From Candidatus Omnitrophota bacterium (GTDB taxonomy: Bacteria > Omnitrophota > Gorgyraeia > 2-01-FULL-45-10), in NCBI GenBank assembly GCA_903843285.1, contig CAIMPC010000016.1:1075-65074 (forward strand): DNA of 64,000 nucleotides, written 5' to 3'. This document shows, piece after piece, positions 31,114 through 42,518 of the stretch. Under the pieces are notes generated by a model. That model saw only the letters and a program-made list of their open reading frames with translations. It searched no databases and was not told the origin of the DNA. Numbering within the stretch: position 1 is the first letter of the stretch; each line of letters opens with the position of its first letter. The position numbers and the translations under genes were made by a program.

Positions 31114-31940
31114 AAAATTTTATTCAGCTCGCATATATGCTTCTCTTTGTCTTCGTATATGCGGTTACGCTTGATCAGCTCATCCCAATCTATCTGATGA
31201 GCATCGAATTCCGGTCCATCGACACAGCTAAACATCGTTTTCCCTGCTATGCTCACTCTGCAGCAACCGCACATCCCTGTGGCGTCGAGCATAATGGTAT
31301 TTAGTGATACGATTGTTTTGATTTGATATTTTGCTGTTACGGATGAGGATGATCTCATCATAGGTATCGGCCCCACAGAATAGACGAGATCGTATTTTTG
31401 TTTTTTTAGCAGATCATCGAGAACGTCTGTGGTGAAACCTTTCAGCCCGGCTGAGCCATCATCGGTTGTGGTGTAAAAATCATCCGATATCGCTCTAAGT
31501 TCATCGCTAAGGATGAGAAACTTGGTCGTTCGGCCGCCCAATATCGTGGTTATATGGTTTCCAGCCTCTCTAAGCGCTTTAGCTACCGGATATATCTCAG
31601 CAATACCTACGCCGCCGCCTACCAGGATAACTTTTCCGTAATTTTTAATTTCGGTAGCATGGCCGAGCGGGCCTACGATTGCATAAAGAGAATCACCTGC
31701 GCTCATCTTGCCGAGCAATTTGGAGGTGAATCCCAGTTCCTGAAATATTAATGTAATGGAGCCATTTTTTTTGTCGGCATCGACTATGGTTAGCGGCACT
31801 CTCTCCCCCTTAGCGCTTATCATAATTACTACGAACTGCCCGGCCTGAGCTTTTTTGGCAATATCAGGCGAATAGACATCGATCTTCGAGATCTTAGTTC
31901 CTGCAACATCGGCAAGTGTATATCTGCTCAGTATCTTCAT
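31104..31940 (-). CDS. PyrK/NfnA/SudB-like FAD/NAD(P)-binding ferredoxin-reductase subunit
   Basis: 278 aa. C-terminal CGCCR...C [2Fe-2S] cluster motif of the PyrK family. Overlaps the upstream gene by 10 nt. Confidence 0.65.
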   Translation of the reverse strand: MKILSRYTLADVAGTKISKIDVYSPDIAKKAQAGQFVVIMISAKGERVPLTIVDADKKNGSITLIFQELGFTSKLLGKMSAGDSLYAIVGPLGHATEIKNYGKVILVGGGVGIAEIYPVAKALREAGNHITTILGGRTTKFLILSDELRAISDDFYTTTDDGSAGLKGFTTDVLDDLLKKQKYDLVYSVGPIPMMRSSSSVTAKYQIKTIVSLNTIMLDATGMCGCCRVSIAGKTMFSCVDGPEFDAHQIDWDELIKRNRIYEDKEKHICELNKILWT

Positions 31941-31949
31941 TTTAAACGA

Positions 31950-32168
31950 TCAGTTTATGTCGACTAATTTATTTTTAGATCCCAGTCCGCTCGCTATCGA
32001 TATTCTGCTTTTAGGCACATCAAAATAATCGCTTAAGACCTTTATTAGCGCCTCATTTGCTTTACCCTCTTTAGCCGGGGCCTTGACCCGCACCAAATAT
32101 ACGCCGCCGGCTATTTTTTCGACCAGATCAGCCTTAGCATTTGGCTTAATCTTTACCGTTATGCGCAT
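31950..32168 (-). CDS. DUF167 (YggU-like) small protein
   Basis: 72 aa with a VKPNAK...KANEALIKVL-type pattern. Confidence 0.5.
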   Translation of the reverse strand: MRITVKIKPNAKADLVEKIAGGVYLVRVKAPAKEGKANEALIKVLSDYFDVPKSRISIASGLGSKNKLVDIN

Positions 32169-32178
32169 CTACCCATTT

Positions 32179-32658
32179 CTATTCGTAGTCGGCTTTCAAC
32201 GCAGCCAGGTATATTAAGTGCTTCTTCTCTTCAACGATCAGCTCTAATATCTTCTCCTGATGAGATGGCGTCATGTGCCTTATGAGTTCACCAAAAAACA
32301 GTATCGCATCCCTTTCAAAGCCCATGCCATATTTGATAGCCGATAGGGGATTTCTAACATATTTAGCAAAATTGGCGGACGATATCTGTTTATATTGCAA
32401 ATCATCTACTAAGGCTTTCATGTATGCCTCGAACTCACCCTGGTACGATTCGACAACCTCAGATTCCTCTACAGAGTTGCGGATATTGGTGAACTTTTTA
32501 ACGTGCTCGTCCTCCCAATCTCTTAGTTGTGTAAAGAGATCCTGCATCTTCTTATCTTTGAACTTTTTGGCGACCATCCCATAGAAATCCCTGCGCTTCC
32601 TCTCTTTAGCAATTCCCATATCTATGATCTCTGCTACATTAAATATATTGTCTGGCAT
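32179..32658 (-). CDS. Ferritin-like / rubrerythrin-like helical protein
   Basis: 159 aa, all-helical, with paired ExxH-like positions (EDEH, EEKKH). Confidence 0.4.
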   Translation of the reverse strand: MPDNIFNVAEIIDMGIAKERKRRDFYGMVAKKFKDKKMQDLFTQLRDWEDEHVKKFTNIRNSVEESEVVESYQGEFEAYMKALVDDLQYKQISSANFAKYVRNPLSAIKYGMGFERDAILFFGELIRHMTPSHQEKILELIVEEKKHLIYLAALKADYE

Positions 32659-32719
32659 ATAATCCGCTCCTTTCGACTCTTCTTAACCCTAACCTGGCAT
32701 ATCTAACCAGGTTAGATAG

Positions 32720-33826
32720 CTATGATACCCCAAAGCATGTTCCGAGCGATATCGCCGTTTTGATTAACGGGTGATCGACCGGCACGCTTCTGTGGCCTTT
32801 AGCGACATCCTGCAGTTTGATCGTTATGAGCTTGCTGTTATTCATCGCTACCATACTACCGTAATCCTTATTTGCCGCCATATCCACGGCCTTTGATCCG
32901 AGTTGCGTGGCAAGGATTCTGTCAAATGCCGTTGGTGTGCCGCCCCTCTGGAGGTGGCCCATTACAACCGAACGGGTTTCGAATCCGGTAAGTTTCTCTA
33001 TCTGGTCACCCAGGACAAAACCGATTCCGCCTAACCTGATGGGATCGGAGCTCTCTTTTACCATCCTTTGAATAACCACAGCGCCGCCCTTAGGTTTTGC
33101 ACCTTCAGCAACTACTACTATTGAAAATCGTTTTCCCGTCCTATGGCGTTCTTTAACTTTATCGATTATCTTTTCCATGCTATAAGGTATCTCCGGTATC
33201 AATATAATGTCACCGCCTCCGGCGATACCCGAACAAAGCGCCAGCCATCCGGCGTTATGTCCCATGACTTCGACTACCATGACTCTGTGGTGAGACTGAG
33301 CGGTGGAATGAAGACGATCAATGCCTTCGGTAGCGATCGATACTGCGGTATCAAAGCCGAACGTAAGATCTGTGCCGAGGATATCATTATCGATGGTCTT
33401 TGGCACTCCTACGACAGGGATACCGTCGTTAAACAACTTATAGGCTATCCCGAGCGTACCGTCTCCGCCGATTACTACGAGACAATCGAGCCCCATTTTT
33501 CTGATATTTTTTACGGTGACCTTCGACATGTCCTTATATTCAAAGTCCTCACCCTTCTTTATTGCATATCTGTAAGGATTGACCTTTTTAGTCGTGCCCA
33601 GGATCGTACCGCCAAGAGTCAGTATGCCGGAGACGTCTCTATTACTTAATTTTCTAAACCTGTTGTGAACGGCCCCTTCGTACCCATCCTCAATACCGAC
33701 AATCTCCATGTCGTAATCATGGATAGCCTTCTTTGCTACAGCCCTGATGACAGCGTTAATTCCGGCGCAGTCACCGCCGCCGGTCAGAATCCCTATTCTG
33801 TTTTTGCGATTTGAGTGTTTAGCCAT
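32720..33826 (-). CDS. pfkA: 6-phosphofructokinase
   Basis: 368 aa. IGILTGGGDCAGINA, GGDGT and TIDNDI motifs. Confidence 0.85.
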   Translation of the reverse strand: MAKHSNRKNRIGILTGGGDCAGINAVIRAVAKKAIHDYDMEIVGIEDGYEGAVHNRFRKLSNRDVSGILTLGGTILGTTKKVNPYRYAIKKGEDFEYKDMSKVTVKNIRKMGLDCLVVIGGDGTLGIAYKLFNDGIPVVGVPKTIDNDILGTDLTFGFDTAVSIATEGIDRLHSTAQSHHRVMVVEVMGHNAGWLALCSGIAGGGDIILIPEIPYSMEKIIDKVKERHRTGKRFSIVVVAEGAKPKGGAVVIQRMVKESSDPIRLGGIGFVLGDQIEKLTGFETRSVVMGHLQRGGTPTAFDRILATQLGSKAVDMAANKDYGSMVAMNNSKLITIKLQDVAKGHRSVPVDHPLIKTAISLGTCFGVS

Positions 33827-33958
33827 GTGGTTTCCTTATGGTTGACGGTTAAAATTTTAGACGCTAACTGCACTCACGATTGCGATTTTACCATAAAGCT
33901 CGCGCAATTACATATAATTTTTATTGGACAAAGATAGGTATTAGCTTATAATAACATC

Positions 33959-35839
33959 ATGTTCGTATACGATCGGTTCCAGCAAGAGGCCATCGATTAC
34001 ATTAATGAAGGCCATTCAGTAATAGTCTCCGCCCCTACCGGCGCAGGTAAGACGGCCATCGCAGAGCATGTGATAGAAAAATGCATATCGGAACGTAAGG
34101 GTGTCATCTATACCGCTCCCATTAAAGCCTTATCTAATCAGAAGTACCGCGATTTTCAGAAGAAGTATCAGGATACGATAGGTATTCTGACCGGGGACGT
34201 CTCGATCAATGCCGATGCGCCTGTACTTATCATGACTACCGAGATATTCCGGAATAAAGTCCTCGATAAGCCCGAGGAGCTTGGGCGCTACTCCTGGATA
34301 ATTTTCGACGAAGTCCACTACATCGACAATCCTGAGCGCGGCACCGTATGGGAGGAGTCTCTCATATTTTTGCCGAGCCATATGAATGTGCTGGCCCTTT
34401 CCGCCACCATACCGAATATAGAGCAATTTGCCAAATGGATAGAGTCTATTCATAAGAAGAGCGTCAAGGTAGTTATCGAAAACCACAGGCCTGTGCCGCT
34501 TCACTTCTTTTATCAATGCCATAACCAGATATTTGACAATCTTAATAATATTCGCCGCGCCAGAAGTTATAAGGCAAATACTACCAATGCCATCATTAAA
34601 CATGTTCGGGACCAGGACGAACTGCCCTGCATATATTTTGTGTTCGGAAGAAAGCGCGCTGAGTATCTGGCGGATGAGCTTTATAATTATAATTTTCTTA
34701 CCGCGCATGAGACCGCAGAGATAACGAATATGTACGACGATCTGCTTGAGCGCTTCGACCTGAAGAACGAAAAGAGCGCTGTCAGGATGCAAGCGCTCGT
34801 AGAGCGAGGTATCGCATTTCATCATGCCGGCATGCTGCCCACTCTCAAAGAGGTCGTCGAGCGTCTATTTACGAGTCGGCTTTTGAAGGTTATTTTTACT
34901 ACGGAAACATTTGCCCTGGGCATAAATATGCCCAGCCGCTCAGTTATATTTGATGAGCTCAGGAAATTCTATGGCACTTACATTAGAAATCTCAAGACGC
35001 GCGATTTCTATCAGATGGCAGGTCGGGCCGGCAGGCGTGGAATTGACGCCGAGGGATTTGTCTATACCAGGGTCAATCTGGGGCGCACGCGAATAGATGA
35101 AGTCCGCACCGTTATTTTCGGCAAACCAGAGGACGTAAGGAGCCAGTTCAACGCTTCTTATGCTACGATCCTTAATCTGTATGAAAAATATCAGGAAGAG
35201 CTTTTTAAGATATACCCCCTATCTCTGCATTTCTACCAGACGAAGGCGCATCAACAGCGTGAAGCCACCCGGCTTATGGGCGCTAAACTGAAGCTATTAA
35301 AAGAATTTGGGTGTATCGAAGAAGGCGCTCTTACAATGAAGGGCAAGTTTGCGAAAGCTGTTTATGGTTATGAGCTTCTACTGGCTGAGTTATATGGCCA
35401 AGGCGTATTCGAGACTCTTGACGAAATCACGCTAGCTGTCATTGCCGTCTCCGTTGTGTTTGAGCCCAGAAAAAACCAGCAATTCCCATCAGGATTGTCC
35501 AAAAACACCCAGGAAATTAAGCGGATAAGCGAAGAGATATACTTTGAGACGCGCCGCAAAGAGACGAAGGCAAAGGTCTACCCTTTCAGTAAGATGCCGT
35601 ACTTCCATCTGGCTAAAGCTATGGAATGCTGGATGAACGGCATGAAGTTTCAAAAGATCCTGCAGTTTACAGACACCGACGAGGGTGAGCTTATCCGCTA
35701 CTTCCGCATGGCTGTTCAGGTCCTAAGAGAGATAAAGGACGCCCCCATATCCCCCGAGCTTAAGAATCGCATCACACAGGCCCTCCACTACATCAGTCGC
35801 GACGTCATCGACGCCGAGAAGCAGTTACGCGAAGGATAA
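33959..35839 (+). CDS. Ski2-like DEVH-box superfamily-2 helicase with a DSHCT-like C-terminal domain
   Basis: 626 aa. Q-motif and APTGAGKT (motif I), DEVH (motif II), SAT (motif III), QMAGRAGRRG (motif VI), then a Mtr4/Ski2-type C-terminal helical domain. No arch/insertion domain. Confidence 0.7.
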   Translation: MFVYDRFQQEAIDYINEGHSVIVSAPTGAGKTAIAEHVIEKCISERKGVIYTAPIKALSNQKYRDFQKKYQDTIGILTGDVSINADAPVLIMTTEIFRNKVLDKPEELGRYSWIIFDEVHYIDNPERGTVWEESLIFLPSHMNVLALSATIPNIEQFAKWIESIHKKSVKVVIENHRPVPLHFFYQCHNQIFDNLNNIRRARSYKANTTNAIIKHVRDQDELPCIYFVFGRKRAEYLADELYNYNFLTAHETAEITNMYDDLLERFDLKNEKSAVRMQALVERGIAFHHAGMLPTLKEVVERLFTSRLLKVIFTTETFALGINMPSRSVIFDELRKFYGTYIRNLKTRDFYQMAGRAGRRGIDAEGFVYTRVNLGRTRIDEVRTVIFGKPEDVRSQFNASYATILNLYEKYQEELFKIYPLSLHFYQTKAHQQREATRLMGAKLKLLKEFGCIEEGALTMKGKFAKAVYGYELLLAELYGQGVFETLDEITLAVIAVSVVFEPRKNQQFPSGLSKNTQEIKRISEEIYFETRRKETKAKVYPFSKMPYFHLAKAMECWMNGMKFQKILQFTDTDEGELIRYFRMAVQVLREIKDAPISPELKNRITQALHYISRDVIDAEKQLREG

Positions 35840-35863
35840 TTTTTTCGGTAGCGGGTGAAAATT

Positions 35864-37105
35864 CTAGAGCGACGGGTTGAAGTAGCCGTGCCTGACTTTC
35901 GGCAGGTCTTTTCTGAGTGAGCTGATGACGGCCTTAATTCCTATAAGGCCCTCAGGGCGGGTAAACGCATTAAGCTCTTCGAAGTATCGCAGTGGATCAT
36001 AGTTGAGGTTGCGCCATTGAACCATGTCGATACCGTATTTTGACGCAAGGGCTTTGAGGGATTTAGCTTCATCTTGCGAATCCGTAAATCCAGGCATCGT
36101 CAAATAGTTGATCGATACAAATGCTCCTTTTGACTTGGCGATCCTGATCGATCTCATTACATCTTCAAATTTGTATCCCCTTGGCCTATAATATTTTAAG
36201 TAATAGCCCTTCCTTGCGCTGTTCAGGCTTATGCGCACGCTATCGAGTCCGGCATCTATTAGTCGCTCAAGTTTATCCGGCTTTGAACCATTCGTATTCA
36301 TGTGGATCGTGCCCCGGGACGTACTCTTTCTTATTAGCGAGATAGCATTCTCGATAACCGAATATTGCAGTAGCGGCTCCCCCTCGCACCCCTGACCGAA
36401 ACTCACAATAGGTCTCTGAGTATTTTCGATATGAAATAACGCGACTTGGCTTAGCTCCTCAGGCTTCGGGATAAACTTTATCCTTGGCTGTGACACCGGG
36501 CATCTCTTTCGCGGCTGAAATGATATGCAACCACAGCAAGAAGCGTTGCATGATGGTGATGACGGAAGCGGAGCTTCAAATCTGCTTAAGAATAGGTTCT
36601 GCGCGTTGGGACAACCATGCACGAGCGCGCAAGTCGTCAGGTGCGGTATCAGCCTATTTTTGGGAAATAATTTAATGAATTTCGCCGCATTTTTTTTCAC
36701 CAGACCCATGTCTATATACTGGCAATTATGTCTTATATCTTTATCGACTTGTATAGCCGCGGTGAAGAGGCTTCCCTTGTATGAGGCAACGGCGGCATAC
36801 GAGAATAGTGGTAATTGAGCAGGGGTGCCTATCGGTAAATATGAAGCAGAGTAGGTAGCGGTATATCCCGGGGACAGGAAAGCGGCTACTGCGTATGCGC
36901 CCATCGTATGCACGAAATTGCCGCTATCCGGCTCGACCCCAACGGCAGTTCTTGACGGTAGCATAAATAATTTCGATGACTTTGGAAGCTTAATAAGATC
37001 TTTAGCGTCCAACTCATATATGTTTCTGCCCTTCATTCCGGTGGCATTAAGACCGGTATTTACCGAGATATTTCCGATTATGTCGGATATTAGTAATTTT
37101 GGCAT
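35864..37105 (-). CDS. Radical SAM protein with an uncharacterised N-terminal domain of about 170 aa
   Basis: 413 aa. CNASCCGC contains Cx3Cx2C, followed by a partial TIM barrel. Confidence 0.5.
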   Translation of the reverse strand: MPKLLISDIIGNISVNTGLNATGMKGRNIYELDAKDLIKLPKSSKLFMLPSRTAVGVEPDSGNFVHTMGAYAVAAFLSPGYTATYSASYLPIGTPAQLPLFSYAAVASYKGSLFTAAIQVDKDIRHNCQYIDMGLVKKNAAKFIKLFPKNRLIPHLTTCALVHGCPNAQNLFLSRFEAPLPSSPSCNASCCGCISFQPRKRCPVSQPRIKFIPKPEELSQVALFHIENTQRPIVSFGQGCEGEPLLQYSVIENAISLIRKSTSRGTIHMNTNGSKPDKLERLIDAGLDSVRISLNSARKGYYLKYYRPRGYKFEDVMRSIRIAKSKGAFVSINYLTMPGFTDSQDEAKSLKALASKYGIDMVQWRNLNYDPLRYFEELNAFTRPEGLIGIKAVISSLRKDLPKVRHGYFNPSL

Positions 37106-37108
37106 AAG

Positions 37109-38881
37109 TTAATGGTAAAACTCTTTCATAAGGTTCATCTTATTAAGGCGCCTAAGCGCCTCAATCACATATCTCTTATTGTCCGGATTCTTGAACTGTA
37201 TCAGCGCTCGATGGAGCTTTCTATCTCTGAGGTTCTTTGCGACGTACACCTTATTCCCGGAGAATGGGTCATTTTCAGTATAATACATAGCGCCCGACAC
37301 TGTCATCGGTAGAGGTATAAAATCCTGGATCTGCTCCGGGTACACATGCATCATCTTCAGTTTTAGCGCAAGGGTTAATGAATCTCCCAGGGTTGCTCCC
37401 GGATGGCCTATAATGAAGTAGTTTACAATGAATTGTTTTTTGGATAATTGACGGTTAACCTTATCAAATTTCTCTACAAAACTTTCATAGACGTTAAATT
37501 GGGGCTTGCGCATAAGGCTAAGCACATGAGCCTGGCAATGTTCAGGGGCGACCTTAAGCTGGCCGCTCACATGATGCTCGCATAGCTCCCTCAGGTATTC
37601 GTCAGACTCTTTATCGTTCAATAGGTCATAGCGGAGTCCGCTTCCGACGAATATGTGTTTAACACGCGGTATCTTCATCGCGCATCTCCAGAGGTCCACC
37701 GTCTCTGGATATCCCAGCTTAAGGCTCTTGCATTTTTCGGGAACAAGACAGTGTCGATCTTTGCAAGTGCCCTTATCCCCCCATAGGGCGCAATGCGCTT
37801 CATAGAGATTTGCCGTTGGTCCGCCGATATCGGTTATGGTGCCGCTGAAATCTAACTGCGATGCTATCTGTTCAATCTCTTTTAGTATGGAGTGCGCGCT
37901 GCGGCTCTGTATTATTCTGCCTTGATGCGCATATAACGAGCAGAAACTGCATTCGCCCGGACATCCGCGGTGAGATACGACAGAGAACTTGATCGCCTCA
38001 AAGCCGGGTATACCGCCTTCTTTAGCGTAAGAAGGATGGGGCCTTCTGGTAAAGGGTAGCGCATAGACAGCGTCCATCTCCTTGGTCGATAGTGGCTTTG
38101 CCGGAGGAAGCTGAATCACAAAGCGTTCGGCATGGCGCTGAATAACCGCGCGTCCACGCACGGGGTCATTCTCAAAATATGACAACCTCAGCGCTTCATT
38201 GAATTTTGTCTTGACGCTCTTTGCTATCTCAAAGTCCGGTATAATTACAGCGCCGCTAAATGATTCTACGGAGTTTCTCACTATCACAGTGCCCCGGATA
38301 TCGTTAAGGCCTTTTATGCCATCTCCGGAGTTAAGCCGTTTTGCGATCTCTACTACCTGCCTCTCGCCCATCCCATAGATGAGCATATCAGCCTTAGAAT
38401 CGAGGAGTATAGATCTGCGCACCGTATCCGACCAGTAGTCGTAATGCGCCAGTCTTCTCATGCTTGCTTCTACGCCGCCAAGCACTATAGGGACTTTGCC
38501 AAATGCCTGTCTGATCCGATTAGTGTATATGAGCGTGGCACGATCGGGACGTAGCCCTGGTTTGCCTCCGGGCGAGTACTCATCATCACTGCGAATCTTT
38601 TTATTGGCGGTGTAGTTTGCCACCATCGAATCAAGATTTCCGGCAGTTACTCCGAAGAATAGCCGGGGTTCGCCCAGCTTGCGAAATGCCTGCAGGTCAT
38701 CAGGATCAGGTTGTGCTATTATCCCGACTTTAAATCCTTCGGATTCCAGGACCCTTCCTATTAGCGCCGTACCATAGGACGGATGGTCGACATAGGCATC
38801 GCCCGTTATGAGTATAACGTCAAGCGATCCCCAACCTCTTTCGATCATATCTTCTTTAGTGGTGGGCAGTAGGTTATTCAT
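37109..38881 (-). CDS. YgiQ family (UPF0313) radical SAM protein
   Basis: 590 aa. The N-terminal TKEDMIERGWGSLDVILITGDAYVDHPS is diagnostic of YgiQ. CPGECSFC cluster. Confidence 0.85.
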   Translation of the reverse strand: MNNLLPTTKEDMIERGWGSLDVILITGDAYVDHPSYGTALIGRVLESEGFKVGIIAQPDPDDLQAFRKLGEPRLFFGVTAGNLDSMVANYTANKKIRSDDEYSPGGKPGLRPDRATLIYTNRIRQAFGKVPIVLGGVEASMRRLAHYDYWSDTVRRSILLDSKADMLIYGMGERQVVEIAKRLNSGDGIKGLNDIRGTVIVRNSVESFSGAVIIPDFEIAKSVKTKFNEALRLSYFENDPVRGRAVIQRHAERFVIQLPPAKPLSTKEMDAVYALPFTRRPHPSYAKEGGIPGFEAIKFSVVSHRGCPGECSFCSLYAHQGRIIQSRSAHSILKEIEQIASQLDFSGTITDIGGPTANLYEAHCALWGDKGTCKDRHCLVPEKCKSLKLGYPETVDLWRCAMKIPRVKHIFVGSGLRYDLLNDKESDEYLRELCEHHVSGQLKVAPEHCQAHVLSLMRKPQFNVYESFVEKFDKVNRQLSKKQFIVNYFIIGHPGATLGDSLTLALKLKMMHVYPEQIQDFIPLPMTVSGAMYYTENDPFSGNKVYVAKNLRDRKLHRALIQFKNPDNKRYVIEALRRLNKMNLMKEFYH

Positions 38882-39539
38882 TTGATATGTAGACGATATT
38901 TTTATAGACCTCGTCGAAGTCTTTAGATTTGCAATTATAGTCTACGATCTTAGATAAATCGGGGCTGGATGAATTAAATGCTATAGAATACCCGGAGTTT
39001 TTTGCCAGAGGTATGTCTCCTTCGCTGTCGCCCACACTGATAACTTCGCGCGGCTTAACTCCAAACTTTCTATATATTCCAGCGAGGACGGTATGTTTTG
39101 CGCCATGCTCCAGATTGATCTTCACACTACCCGTCAGCTTGCCGCTTCTGGATGATAAGCGATTAGAGATTGCATAGTCAAATTTCAATTCTTTTCTGAC
39201 CCGATCCGCCATAAACTGTAGTCCCGTAGAAACCGCAACTAATTTAAAACCGCTCTTCTTTAGCCTCGCGATTGACCGAACCGCGTTATGAGAATAGCGC
39301 ACGTCCTTAAATATGGAGCGTAATCTGGATATCTTCATTCCCTTCCAGTGTGCCGCATCGAGTTCGCAGAACTTTCTGTAAGAAATCTTGCCGGCGAAGA
39401 AGTCTTCCTGGTAACGGAATGCGCGGTTGGTCCAGAGCTGGAGTTTTTCATGGATATAGCGCCATGAACTTATGTGGCGGGTTATTGTGCCGTCAATATC
39501 GAATACTATTAGCTTATATTTCATAGTTAGAGATTTCAA
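38874..39539 (-). CDS. HAD-superfamily hydrolase (HAD-IB / phosphoserine-phosphatase-like)
   Basis: 221 aa. LIVFDIDGTIT (motif I), a motif II S/T, and K...GDSEGD (motifs III and IV). Confidence 0.6.
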   Translation of the reverse strand: MKSLTMKYKLIVFDIDGTITRHISSWRYIHEKLQLWTNRAFRYQEDFFAGKISYRKFCELDAAHWKGMKISRLRSIFKDVRYSHNAVRSIARLKKSGFKLVAVSTGLQFMADRVRKELKFDYAISNRLSSRSGKLTGSVKINLEHGAKHTVLAGIYRKFGVKPREVISVGDSEGDIPLAKNSGYSIAFNSSSPDLSKIVDYNCKSKDFDEVYKNIVYISNE

Positions 39540-39548
39540 AATCTCACC

Positions 39549-39986
39549 CTACAATATCTTCAGCAGATTCAAGCCGGTTTCGGGGTCGATATCTTTCGTT
39601 GCCTTCACGCCCTTTAATTCGAATACAACAGCTTCTATTACAAGGAAGACCTTCGATTTCTTGCGGACGCATCCGGTCAGGGTCTTAAGCTTTTTCCCCA
39701 TTGATGCGTGAATATGTATCTGAGGACCTTTTGAGTTGGTGTATATAGTGCCAATGCCCATAACCTCCCAGCCGTCATTAAACCCTACCCAGTTCGGCTC
39801 CGGTGGTATAACGCATTTTTTAGGGCCTGTTACCAGGTCGCCCTTCTTTAGCGCGCCTATAAAAACGAGCGTCGCGGTTTTGATCCGCTCTTTACGCGAT
39901 AGCTTATCGAGCTCATCGAGCAATACATCATCATCGGTGAATTTCACCAGGAATATTCTTCCCACATTACCTTTAGTGTACTTCAC
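39549..39986 (-). CDS. PPC-domain (DUF296) protein
   Basis: 145 aa beta-rich protein with a PPC-like pattern (G.GTI...P.IH.H). Confidence 0.5.
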   Translation of the reverse strand: MKYTKGNVGRIFLVKFTDDDVLLDELDKLSRKERIKTATLVFIGALKKGDLVTGPKKCVIPPEPNWVGFNDGWEVMGIGTIYTNSKGPQIHIHASMGKKLKTLTGCVRKKSKVFLVIEAVVFELKGVKATKDIDPETGLNLLKIL

Positions 39987-40245
39987 CGGATATATCCTTA
40001 TCTAATAGCATTATCGCTTTATTCCTAAAGACTTCAAAAAATCCGTTTGATTTTGAATCGAAGGTCTTGATATTCCCGGATGGATCATGTAGTGATATCA
40101 TCCCGGGTATAAGGCCGGATATGAACGGAGCATGGTTTGCGAGTACTCCAAAATATCCGATCTCCCCCGGTGCGACCAGGGACTGAATATCTCCTTCAAA
40201 TATCTTCCGCTGGCTTGATAATATTGTCAGGTGAAATAGAGCCAT
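39973..40245 (-). CDS. atpC: F-type ATP synthase epsilon subunit (beta-sandwich domain only)
   Basis: 90 aa immediately after atpD, matching the epsilon N-terminal domain (IVAPGEIGYFGVLANHAP). The usual C-terminal helical hairpin is absent. Confidence 0.7.
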   Translation of the reverse strand: MALFHLTILSSQRKIFEGDIQSLVAPGEIGYFGVLANHAPFISGLIPGMISLHDPSGNIKTFDSKSNGFFEVFRNKAIMLLDKDISGEVH

Positions 40246-40248
40246 AGT

Positions 40249-42514
<2,266 letters not shown>

Positions 42515-42518
<4 letters not shown>

